A DNA stretch of 63,546 bases, the filler included, from Octopus bimaculoides (taxonomy: Eukaryota): assembly GCF_001194135.2 (NCBI RefSeq). It is 3 parts of 2 records of this genome, joined end to end, with 100 filler letters (N's around TTAATTAATTAA, not from the genome) between each part and the next. Parts side by side here need not be neighbours in the genome. Positions count along the whole stretch, not along the records: positions 1 to 21,626 come from NC_068988.1; positions 21,727 to 50,729 come from NC_068987.1; 1 more part is not named here. One strand, 5' to 3'. The position numbers and the translations under genes are program-made. Each line of letters opens with the position of its first letter. Position 1 is the stretch's first letter. The notes below the pieces were generated by a model that worked only from the letters and a program-made list of their open reading frames with translations, did no database searches and had not been told where the DNA came from. Below, piece by piece: positions 12,621 through 23,045 of this stretch.

Positions 12621-13324
12621 TAGTTATCGCCANNNNNNNNNNNNNNNNNNNNNNNNNNNNNNNNNNNNNNNNNNNNNNNNNNNNNNNNNNNNNNNNNNNN
12701 NNNNNNNNNNNNNNNNNNNNNNNNNNNNNNNNNNNNNNNNNNNNNNNNNNNNNNNNNNNNNNNNNNNNNNNNNNNNNNNNNNNNNNNNNNNNNNNNNNNN
12801 NNNNNNNNNNNNNNNNNNNNNNNNNNNNNNNNNNNNNNNNNNNNNNNNNNNNNNNNNNNNNNNNNNNNNNNNNNNNNNNNNNNNNNNNNNNNNNNNNNNN
12901 NNNNNNNNNNNNNNNNNNNNNNNNNNNNNNNNNNNNNNNNNNNNNNNNNNNNNNNNNNNNNNNNNNNNNNNNNNNNNNNNNNNNNNNNNNNNNNNNNNNN
13001 NNNNNNNNNNNNNNNNNNNNNNNNNNNNNNNNNNNNNNNNNNNNNNNNNNNNNNNNNNNNNNNNNNNNNNNNNNNNNNNNNNNNNNNNNNNNNNNNNNNN
13101 NNNNNNNNNNNNNNNNNNNNNNNNNNNNNNNNNNNNNNNNNNNNNNNNNNNNNNNNNNNNNNNNNNNNNNNNNNNNNNNNNNNNNNNNNNNNNNNNNNNN
13201 NNNNNNNNNNNNNNNNNNNNNNNNNNNNNNNNNNNNNNNNNNNNNNNNNNNNNNNNNNNNNNNNNNNNNNNNNNNNNNNNNNNNNNNNNNNNNNNNNNNN
13301 NNNNNNNNNNNNNNNNNNNNNNNN

Positions 13325-13382
<58 letters not shown>

Positions 13383-14199
13383 ACATAATAAGCTTCTTCT
13401 CTATTTCTGTCTACTAAATTCCTCAGTCCGAGATTACGGTAGAAGGCATTTACTCTTACTTTATCAGTTTCATGTGAACAGCATTGGTGTCTGAATGTGT
13501 ACTGATTGACACCATGATGATGACATCATATGTCACTACCGCAGTGTATCATTGCATACGATTGCATGCAATGAGACAACGGATACCAGCAAAAACAAGG
13601 TAGGCGGTGGAGAAACCCGATCGAACTCAGTGTGTGGTGATTCTCATTATCAGAATACTGTATAATGTAGTGCATCACTGCATAAAAACGAACACGAATC
13701 TAAGAATTACACCAGTAATTGTTATCGATCGTTTCCAAAGCTTTTGATTGATTTACTCAGTTAGATCTCTCACTGCAGCCTGATTCATACTGTACCTTCA
13801 TATAATGTCAACGTCTTCGTGTAGAACATAACTTTTTTTTGAGACTCTAATATTGCTGTCCGATACAAACATCAACCTGTTTGCAAGCAAGAAATAGTAG
13901 TGTACAGAAACTGTGTGCTGGGTGCTAACTGCTTGTACTGGAAGCTGAAGCTGAGGAGCTGACTGCTGAGAGCTGACCGTTATTTCAAGCGTCGGGAGTC
14001 AACAGTTGAAGGTACAAGAAAAAGCGTCGGGGGTCAACAGTTGAAAGTAGAAGAAAACGACGGAGTCTGTTGAGATTTTTTACATCAAGCGTTTATCATC
14101 TTCGTACAGAAGGAAAAGACCCTGTTGTTATGAATGACAAATATTGACAGAGTTTGGGTGTTATTGTTCCTGGTGTAACTGTAGGAGTATTCAAAAAGT

Positions 14200-15000
14200 T
14201 ACTGCTAGTCGTTGTGTTTCTGTAGCCGATAGTTCATTATGTTGAAGTTACATCGGTTCAGACGCTGTCCGTGTCTGTTCGCCATCCATTTGCCGTGTCA
14301 TCTCTTGCTCTCTCTGCTACATCCCAAAGCTCTCTGCTGTAGTTGCGTGTGCGTCGATTTTATACTGATTGAAGGGCTCAGAAAAGAGTGCGCCAAAAAT
14401 TGGAAATTATCGCTGAAGCCTATTCCACGTGAAGTTGCCATTGATTAGATTTTGTTGATCACGTAACGTTCCAGCGAATCGCGACATCGGATATTTGCTG
14501 AATATTCCACTACAGCAGCCTAATTTTCCTCACGCCACACCATACCACCTTAAAACTGGAAGTATGTGCCGAAAAATGTAGTTTTGGATGTATTACCTGG
14601 AAATTGATAGCATGGAATGCCTTCATCACAGATATACTTAAAGAGAGCTAACTCGGAGTTAAACATCAACTTACTTGATGTTTATTTCAGGAATGTTTCA
14701 AAAGCTTTGTAGTTGTTAAAATGACACATCTCAAGTTATCAGAACCATCTTGGTTGCATCCCTTCGTAGAAATACCATCGATCTTTGACTTACGGAACTG
14801 AAATTACTGTCTGTCATCTGCTGCTCATTGCATTACTAGAAGATTGGCGAACAAATGCAGTGTATAGTAACAGAGCCTTCTCTGCAACATTTTCCAGAAT
14901 AGGAATCTGTAAAAGGCATTTTGATTCATGTCTCGTTTTGGGAGTAACCTCAAACCACTGGATTCTTCAAATTCCAACATCGTTAACCTAAATCTTCCGC
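14200..15000 (-). mobile_element. Decayed RTE-clade LINE RT/C-terminal fragment
   Basis: Minus-strand pieces EKALLLYTAFV (cf. EKALPLYTAFVDL), FYEGMQ...GSDNL, LRWYG and WDVAERARD appear in the expected order. Confidence 0.5.
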
Positions 15001-15255
15001 CAAATAATTTCACAAATACATAAGCGCAGGCACGGCTGTATGGTCAAGAAGTTCGTCTTGCACCCACGTGGCTTCACGTTCAGTCCCATTCAGCATCATT
15101 GTACGGAACCTTCTACTATAGCACCTGGCTGACCAATACCTGTGCCAGACAGTATAGTGTCAGATAGAAACTTCGGATTATAACAATATCTGTCAGAGCG
15201 ACAACCATCGTACAAAAGACAGATACAACAGTGGCAAAAGACCGCTTTATAACAG

Positions 15256-15268
15256 TGGCGACGAAGAT
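15256..15268 (+). promoter_or_regulatory. Primer-binding site, probably tRNA-Ser(GCU)
   Basis: TGGCGACGAaGAT, 1 nt after the LTR-terminal CA. It matches 12/13 to the complement of the tRNA-Ser(GCU) 3' end (TGGCGACGAGGAT, recalled from the vertebrate tRNA). Confidence 0.7.
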
Positions 15269-15629
15269 AAACCAATTCACATGGAGTTAATAGAAACTTG
15301 AAGAGGATTTAAAAAACTCACGAGAAATTAATAAACTCGAAGAGGATTATCCAATTCACGTGGAGTTAATAGAAACTCGTAGAGGAGTTAACAAACTCAC
15401 AAAGTTTTTGTTGTGTAAATTTTACGACAAATCATAAAATTATAGAAGATTTATTGGCCGGTTTGCTTGAATTGCAAAAAAGTAACAACAACAGTTGAAT
15501 GAACAACAACAGCAGATACAACTGCAAGAGCAACAACAAAAGCAACAGCAACAACAAATAATATTACAGCAACAAATGCTGTAATTACTGAAGTCGTCAG
15601 GAAGGCCAGAAAAAGTGTTCTCGCCAGAC

Positions 15630-16991
15630 TGACGAAGGAGTTACCTTCGAAGCATACTACAGAAATTATGAGCAAGTCTCCGAGAAAGAATGTAAAGATT
15701 GGGATGACGAGATGAAAACTCGCTTAATCTTCAGAAAACTGGCACCAACTGAACATGAACGATACAGCAATTTTGTACTCCCAAGAAAACCGTCTGACGA
15801 AAACTTTAATGGCACAATAGATATATTGTGCAAGATTTTCAGTGAAAAAAGCTTGATCTTCAACAAACGGTGGAAGTGTCTGAGCATAGAGAAAAATAGT
15901 AACGAGGACTACATCACAATTGCTGGTAGAGTAACCAGAGAATGTGAGACGTTTAAGATGGATAAATTAACTCCAGATATGTTCAGATGCCTGAATTTTA
16001 CACAGAGACTTACTGCGGAAAAGGACGCAGAGGTCAGAACTAGAATTCTTGCAAAGCTGAAACAAAACCAAGATGTAACCCTGCAAAAAGTGTCTGAAGA
16101 ATATGAAAGGATACTTAAATTAAGACACGACACAGAGGAAATTGATCGCAAAGATTCTTTCCAAGTAAAACCAGTGCAGAATAGTCTGAACAGAGATAAA
16201 GTGTTTTCTAAAAAACACGACAAACATTAAGATATAAACCCATGCTTTGCATGTGATGGTATGTACCTGAGGAAAAATTGTCCATTTAAAAACGCGGCGT
16301 TTCGTTGTGGAAGTATAGGATATATAAAGTCTTACTGTAGAACGAAGATGATAGAACGTCAGAAAAAAGGTAAAAGAGCAAATAGTATGTCGTCGGAAGA
16401 AATTGGAATTATAACAATAAAAAAATTCGTGAAGGTCAAAATCATAAATACAACTGTAAAAATGCAGTTGGACACAGGTAGTGACATTACTATTATAAAC
16501 GAAAAAACGTAGAAATATGTCGGTAAGCCGAATTTAATTAAATCTAAAAAAAGTAGTGTATGGTGTTACAGGAAAAAAAATTATATTTTTTCTGTGAATT
16601 TGAATGTAATGTAACTTTTTGAGGTCAAACGAAAAAGGTTAAGATTTGTTGAAAGATTCACTTAACTTATTCGACACAGAATGGATGGTGCTATCTAAAT
16701 TGTGGGATACACCCATAAGTGTTCTGTGTAGAAATGTATTTTGCTCAGTCAAAGGTTCAAATGGAGCCGAAGGATTGAGGCAAAAAGCAAAAAAGATTAT
16801 TTCTATATGTTTTTGGAAGAACTGAGTTGCTGTACAAAAACAAAAGCTGAGATCGCAGTAAAGCAAAGTACAATACCTGTCTTTAGGCCCATACGGAATG
16901 TGCCCTTTGAGGCAGTAGACCAGGTTAACAAAGAACTGGAAAGACTGGGAAGTCCTAGTATAATTGAAAGGAATGACTGGGTAACACCAAC
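15630..16991 (+). pseudogene. Disrupted gag-pol reading frame of the Gypsy element
   Basis: Track ORFs 15712-16230, 16261-16512 and 16741-17016 are consecutive pieces of gag, protease and RT, separated by stops and frameshifts. Confidence 0.85.
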
Positions 16992-17870
16992 GAGATGGGC
17001 GTACCATTATTACTAATTCCCTACATCTTTTTTCAACAATTTTTTCTTAGAAGTGTCATTTTATTTAGCAATAATATTTTTATTTGCCCCACCGCTCTTT
17101 TTTGAGTTTTTCAACAATTTAATATTTCTATCTCATGGCATCTATTTTCAAGAACTCGGTATTCTTTTCCTTTCATTTATACGCCTGGGTTCAATCACCT
17201 GCAGTGGCGTTGGTACTTGGAATGTATGTATCGTACAACCATTCTATGGGTTCCTCCAACTTCTTTGGTTCGCTTTCCACGAATGTCTTTTTCAATTGGT
17301 TCCTGTGTCTCTTATATATGCCTTTCCTACTTTTTACCCAATACATCATTTTACCTATGTATTTGGTAATTTTGTCCTCTTCCCAGTTCTGCTTTCCATT
17401 TTTGTATATCCTCATATACACATTATCACCGACTTTAAAAAATCTCGCTATGTCTTCCATGGCACTTTTTCGTTTCTGACTTTACTTTCCTTGCAGACAT
17501 CAGCTCCGCTGGTGAGCTACCTGCTGGTGAGCTACCTGCTGGTGAGCTACCTGCTGGTGTATTTGGATTTAGTGTTACACGGTATACTTTTAAAAATTGT
17601 TGAAGAGCTACCTCATCCGTGCCTTCTTTATTTGCTTTTCTTAAAGCTCTTTTGAAAATATCAACAAAGCGTTCTGCTTGTCCATTAGATCTGGAATGCT
17701 ATATTGTCGTAGTTATACGGTCTACTGCGAACATTTAAATTTTTGTTTTAAATTCGCTAGACAAACTGCTTTCCATTATCATCAATTACTTGTCCTAAGT
17801 ATTTGACTTTTTTTCAGCAACAATTCACACTTTACATCCAAACCAAAGAGAAGCCGTTTAAAGTTAAACT
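16992..17870 (-). mobile_element. Inverted 3' half of a Gypsy element (RT end, integrase, PPT, start of 3' LTR)
   Basis: The minus strand reads KCELL..VKYLGQVIDDNG (RT), then HSRSNGQAERFVDIFKRAL...LQQFLKVYRVT...SPAELM (integrase core), FKVGDNVYMRIY...KRHRNQL (integrase C-terminus), and PPT aaaaaagagcgg (17092-17103) followed by TG at 17091. Confidence 0.88.
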
Positions 17871-17959
17871 TGTTTTTTTACTAAAACACAACTGGGACCC
17901 TAAGTAAGGCATGTGTAAAATTTGAATGAAATTGGTTATGTAGTTCTGGAGTTTTAGGG

Positions 17960-18004
<45 letters not shown>

Positions 18005-18030
18005 TTCTCAATTTTATATATATATAGATT
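17871..18030 (+). mobile_element. Non-autonomous Helitron/Helentron-like (HINE-type) 3' fragment
   Basis: aaaatttgaatgaaattggttatgtagttctggagttttagggattca(CA)n..cattctcaattttatatatatatagat has the layout I associate with microsatellite-bearing HINE/DINE-type elements. It truncates the Gypsy RT. Confidence 0.45.
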
Positions 18031-19149
18031 TATAATTTAATATTTATATTATGATAATCTTTTCTACTCTCGGCACAATGCCTGATTTTATATTATGATA
18101 ATAAAAGCCCGATGCGGTCTTTTCGCCCCTTTAAATTATTTAAGCTTACTCTCTATAAAAATTAATTTGTAATAAATAAGAGTTCAATTTCCGTCAAATC
18201 ATTCATTCTAGCCCTGTATTCTGCTGCTAGTAGCATAGATTTAATGCAGTCATTTTTCAGTCATTCAACGTCAAATAACTTGAAGTGACAATTGATGTAT
18301 CCTAGTGTCGGTTTCCTACCAGCTGTAAATCAACAAGTATTTTGAGCTGTTCTGCAACAATGGGAAATAAGCTACTGTAAAGCTGTATATGAAACAGTTT
18401 CGATTTACAGTTGAAACATTTTTCTTAATTTGCTAATCGTACTTTTCTTTCTGGTGGAAACAGTTGATATTTTTCATTTGCTTTGCATTTTTCCCAGTAC
18501 TCAGAATGAAACACAAACGAAACCTAAGTCCCAATTTTCAGCAACACAACAGCCGCGGTGTGAATTTCTTAATTTTCTTCTTGTTTAAAAAATAAATGAA
18601 TCAATAAATGAATAAAGAAAGAAGAAGAAAGAAAGAAAATGTATCGAAGAACTACCATTCAGGATTCTTCATCTGTATGGTGACCCTAACGAAACATATA
18701 ACAACTGTATAGCTCATAAAAAGCTGCATGCTTGAGGTAAGCGATTTCCTCAATATGAGATGTCAATGACTAGTTATCTTCCCATGTGTTCAGTCTTTAC
18801 CAGGTGACTGTTGTCCATCTTCATCCACGCCATTCCTCTTATCGGTCATTAAGTAAAAAAAAAAAAACCGCTGATAACATTCTCTTAAAGATCTGGTGCC
18901 GATTGCAAGATGAAGAAATGTACAATGCGCAGCATGCCATAAGCAACCACATTACGTAATGATGCGTTCAGTATGCAGTGCGGAGCAAAAGTGCAGCGAT
19001 TACTGATAAGATTTAAGCATTTCAAATCAACAAATAACGCACTTGATGATCTTGGTGATTAAGAATTCATAATACGCATTTACGATCTAATCCACCATAC
19101 TGACATATACATTATACATGCAATCATACATACCTTGAGTATATATATT

Positions 19150-19250
19150 TTTACCTTTATCTTTATATTTGTTTCAGTCATTGAACTGCGGTCATGCTAT
19201 GATTTTTTTTTAAAGCAGGTACTTATCCTATCAATCGCTTTTGTCGAACC
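19150..19250 (-). mobile_element. SINE family A tail
   Basis: Reverse complement of ggttcgacaaaagcg...gcatgaccgcagttcaatgactgaaacaaataaa. Confidence 0.6.
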
Positions 19251-19254
19251 GACG

Positions 19255-19397
19255 GAGTACAACAGGGTTCGCCACCACCCCCTGCCGGAGCCTCGTGGAA
19301 CTTTAGGTGTTTTCGCGCAATAAACACACACAACGCCCGGCCTGGGAATCGAAACCGCGAGTCCGCTGCCCTAACCACTGGGCCATTGCGCCTCCAC
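19255..19397 (-). mobile_element. SINE family B head
   Basis: The reverse complement gtggaggcgcaatggcccagtggttagggcagcggactcgcggtttcgattcccagg... is near-identical to 60784-60930, except for a 14-nt deletion. Confidence 0.85.
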
Positions 19398-19645
19398 TGC
19401 ACCCTTTTAAAGCCTTGCCAGGCTCATGGGCCCGGTTTCCCGGTTTCAATGGCGTATGTGTTCCCCGACTGGACGGGACGCCAGTCCATCGCAGCATTAC
19501 TCATTTTTACCAGCTGAGTGGACTGGAGCAACGTGAAATTAAGTGTTTTGCTCAAGAACACAACGCGTCGCCCGGTCCAGGAATCGAAACCACAATCTTA
19601 CGATCATGATGCTGACACCCAAACCACTCAGCCACGCGCCTCCAC
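19398..19645 (-). mobile_element. SINE family C, near full length
   Basis: The reverse complement reads gtggaggcgcgtggctgagtgg...gtttcgattcctggaccgggcgacgcgttgtgttcttgagcaaaacactt...gatggactggcgtcccgtccag. Homologous to 57395-57625 and 59780-59955. Confidence 0.85.
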
Positions 19646-19710
19646 GGGTGTGTATGTATTCATATATATATATGTGTGTGTGTGTGTGTGTATGTGTGTG
19701 TATGTGTGTG

Positions 19711-19763
<53 letters not shown>

Positions 19764-20023
19764 GAACATATATATATGCACGTATTTTGCATGTATGTGT
19801 AAATAGTTATTTTTACGTGTATATTTAAATGCATGTATGCGTATACGTTACATAAAACCGTTATTGAATTTTTAAATCTTGGAACTTACTCAATCCATGG
19901 GTTCTAAATTTATAAAACAAACTTACACCTCCATTTATTTACCAAGACTTAATCTATTTTGGACATGCATGGTCCCCTTTTTTTAGTCAAGGTTTTTTAA
20001 CTCAAAGTTTTTCCCCGATATTA

Positions 20024-20070
20024 TACATCTCTGATGAGAACCCAATAAGGTTTGAAAATCCGATTAACGC
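20024..20070 (+). ncRNA. Hammerhead-ribozyme-like motif (Penelope-type, probably decayed)
   Basis: CTGATGA (20031-37), stem II gaacc/ggttt around loop caataa, GAAA (20054-57), and short palindromic stem III aatc-c-gatt with a UUA triplet. Stem I pairing is poor. Confidence 0.35.
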
Positions 20071-20140
20071 TGTTCACCATTTTTTTTTCAGTCTGCGGAG
20101 AAATGGCTAAAATTTGCCCTGTTTATAATTATACCATATG

Positions 20141-20189
<49 letters not shown>

Positions 20190-20871
20190 NNNNNNNNNNN
20201 NNNNNNNNNNNNNNNNNNNNNNNNNNNNNNNNNNNNNNNNNNNNNNNNNNNNNNNNNNNNNNNNNNNNNNNNNNNNNNNNNNNNNNNNNNNNNNNNNNNN
20301 NNNNNNNNNNNNNNNNNNNNNNNNNNNNNNNNNNNNNNNNNNNNNNNNNNNNNNNNNNNNNNNNNNNNNNNNNNNNNNNNNNNNNNNNNNNNNNNNNNNN
20401 NNNNNNNNNNNNNNNNNNNNNNNNNNNNNNNNNNNNNNNNNNNNNNNNNNNNNNNNNNNNNNNNNNNNNNNNNNNNNNNNNNNNNNNNNNNNNNNNNNNN
20501 NNNNNNNNNNNNNNNNNNNNNNNNNNNNNNNNNNNNNNNNNNNNNNNNNNNNNNNNNNNNNNNNNNNNNNNNNNNNNNNNNNNNNNNNNNNNNNNNNNNN
20601 NNNNNNNNNNNNNNNNNNNNNNNNNNNNNNNNNNNNNNNNNNNNNNNNNNNNNNNNNNNNNNNNNNNNNNNNNNNNNNNNNNNNNNNNNNNNNNNNNNNN
20701 NNNNNNNNNNNNNNNNNNNNNNNNNNNNNNNNNNNNNNNNNNNNNNNNNNNNNNNNNNNNNNNNNNNNNNNNNNNNNNNNNNNNNNNNNNNNNNNNNNNN
20801 NNNNNNNNNNNNNNNNNNNNNNNNNNNNNNNNNNNNNNNNNNNNNNNNNNNNNNNNNNNNNNNNNNNNNNA

Positions 20872-20911
<40 letters not shown>

Positions 20912-21286
20912 TTTAGCGACGTTGATTACGAAATTGCAAGAGCAATTTATATATTACTCAGAAGCTCCCTAGAATGCAAAATCGAACAGAGTGAAATTTT
21001 AACTCTAAAACTTAGATTGTCGTAGTTGACCTCGGCAACGGCAATAAAAAAAGGCAGAGAGAAAGAGACTGGGGAGTTGGGGAGGGATAGAGAGAGGTGA
21101 ATTAAGTTATTACATCTACGTTTTTTTTTCTTTTATTTTGTTGTTATTTTGTAAATATAATAAGCTTCTGAGTGTCACCTGTCTCGTTATTCCGACTATC
21201 TTCGACATCTATGTAAATGTCAACATGTCAGTTTGTCATCAGTCTCTGTGTCAGTGCGATACTACCAACAAACTACTAACATACTA

Positions 21287-21298
21287 CTACTGCTCCCG

Positions 21299-21362
<64 letters not shown>
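21287..21362 (+). repeat. (CTA)n trinucleotide microsatellite
   Basis: Long ctactacta run. It explains the poly-Y and poly-L ORFs in the track. Confidence 0.95.
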
Positions 21363-21670
21363 AGACAATGTGTGTTTGGATTGTTGTCACATGCTCGCAG
21401 CTTCCTGCAAGCTACATAGTGCAGATGGTGGGACAACGACCTTCGCATTCTAAAGAGGTTTTGGTGGGTTTTGGTGGAAGAGATAATGACTCGAAGGTTG
21501 CTGTTGTTTCCAAGCCAATCCTAACTGAGTAGTCATACGAGCAAAATTTGTCCAGCCGTGACCACCTCATTGTTTTGAACATCAAGGACTAAATTGGGTT
21601 GTAGATTCGATTGGTAGATTTAATCTNNNNNNNNNNNNNNNNNNNNNNNNNNNNNNNNNNNNNNNNNNNN

Positions 21671-21682
21671 TTAATTAATTAA
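21671..21682. other. Assembly spacer TTAATTAATTAA between N runs (also 50774-50785)
   Basis: An identical 12-mer with stops in all frames, embedded in N blocks at two places. Technical, not biological. Confidence 0.9.
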
Positions 21683-21959
21683 NNNNNNNNNNNNNNNNNN
21701 NNNNNNNNNNNNNNNNNNNNNNNNNNATATTTATATATATATATATATATATAATACAAATATTATATGAGTATATGCATATATACGTACATGTATGTAC
21801 ATACCTACATCTACATTGTATATACAGATGCATATCTGGGTACAGGACGTCACAAAAAAACGTGGACAAAATGAAAAACAGAACATAAACAGAGCACAGA
21901 AAACACACAGGTCACATAGAGAACATTTCCTTCATCAGCTGCCACCATACTAAACTAAG

Positions 21960-22270
21960 CGTTTCGAAGAGTAATCGATGGGCATCAACGGCGATCGACT
22001 ATGATCTTGCCGAGGATTACGCCACTCATTGGGAGACTGTTACGGGGGACATGTCTGTAATATGTCCATTTTGCAAGGCCCTCAAGTGGGTTGGAGAAAC
22101 CAGTGGCCTATGCTGCTCAAACGGAAAGGTTCACTTGAATGACCTGCAAAACATTCCTTAGCCTTTTTTCTCCTTATTCCTTGGTCAACGCCCTCATTCG
22201 CAGCAATTTATACAGAAAGTTCGCGCTTATAACTCTGCCTTCTAGATGACAAATTTCGGTCACAGACCCA
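21960..22270 (+). mobile_element. Helitron RepHel N-terminal fragment
   Basis: Translation GDMSVICPFCKALKWVGETSGLCCSNGKVHL...P*PFFSLF...FIQKVRAYNSAF*MTNFG matches the CxxC...CCxxGK / IRxYNSAFQMTSFG region upstream of the Helitron Rep domain. Confidence 0.8.
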
Positions 22271-22639
22271 ATCATGAAGAGTCCATGTTGATCCAAGGCG
22301 GAACTTCACAGATTTATGACAGGCAATAGATTTTGAAAGAAATATGCTTTTTATTACTCGGGAGCTGTTCCATTTGAGAAGAAACTGCGTGATTTGAATG
22401 GTTTTAAGAGGTTTCGGCTGTAAAGTTGTTATGATATAGGGTGTGAAAGTAGATATGTGGCCGGGTGACAGAGAAGGGAGGAAGAGAGTGGATTAGAGGA
22501 GTGGTGGTAACAAAGGAGAAAGATAGGCATAAAGAATAGAACTAAGAGACTTGTTTTGTTGTGTATTTATTTTACAGGTCTTTATGCTATAGGTAGTAGG
22601 TGTTTTACAGTTTCTGATGTAAGGGAGGTTACTCTAAGG

Positions 22640-23045
22640 GTTTAATAATTTTGGCTCACACCCAACTATTCTGATGGGCAGGGGCAAGTCTATTACATCG
22701 ACCTCTGTATTCAACTTGTACTTATTTTATTCGACTCTGAAAGAATACATGGCAAAGAAAATAAAGAGCTGTAAGAATAGCCGCTAAGCATTTTGACCAG
22801 CGTGGCAAGATTCTACCTTTACAGGTATTCAATGTGGTTTCAAATTTTGGCACAAAACCAACAAGTTTGGGGAAGGGTGTGAGTCGATTACATTGATCCC
22901 AATGCTCAACTGGTACTTATATCACCCCAAAAGGATCAAAGGCAAAGTCGACCTCGGAGAAATTTGAATTTAGAACGTAAAGACGGACGAAATGCTTCTA
23001 AGCATTTTATCCGGCGTGCAAACGATTCTATCAGTACGCCGCCTT
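22640..23045 (-). mobile_element. Two tandem SINE family D copies
   Basis: Reverse complements of the family D head (ggcggcgtactgatagaatcgtttgcacgccggataaaatgcttag) and body, occurring twice (about 22640-22810 and 22840-23045). Confidence 0.7.

Larger units (their letters stand above)
15141..16991 (+). mobile_element. Ty3/Gypsy LTR retrotransposon, 5' half (LTR end, PBS, gag, protease, RT start); K02A2.6/Mag-like
   Basis: The LTR-like segment ends ...tataaCA (15254) and is followed by a PBS. Gag reads EGVTFEAYYRNYEQVSEKECKDWDDEMKTRL..., then degenerate twin CCHC knuckles (CFACDG...CP; CGSIGYIKSYC), protease MQLDTGSDITIINE, and RT start IPVFRPIRNVPF...DWVTPT. The LTR 5' boundary is uncertain. 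Confidence 0.9.

Noticed and set aside
17053-17655. 200-aa + strand ORF
   Set aside because: It is the antisense shadow of the minus-strand integrase. The hydrophobic composition follows from the A-rich coding strand.
18662-18745. Strong donor GAG|GTAAGC suggesting an exon
   Set aside because: The upstream acceptor is weak and all three frames contain stops. It could be a UTR exon, but this is unsupported.
21671-21682. TTAATTAATTAA palindrome (also 50774-50785)
   Set aside because: It is embedded in N runs at both sites, so it is an assembly spacer.
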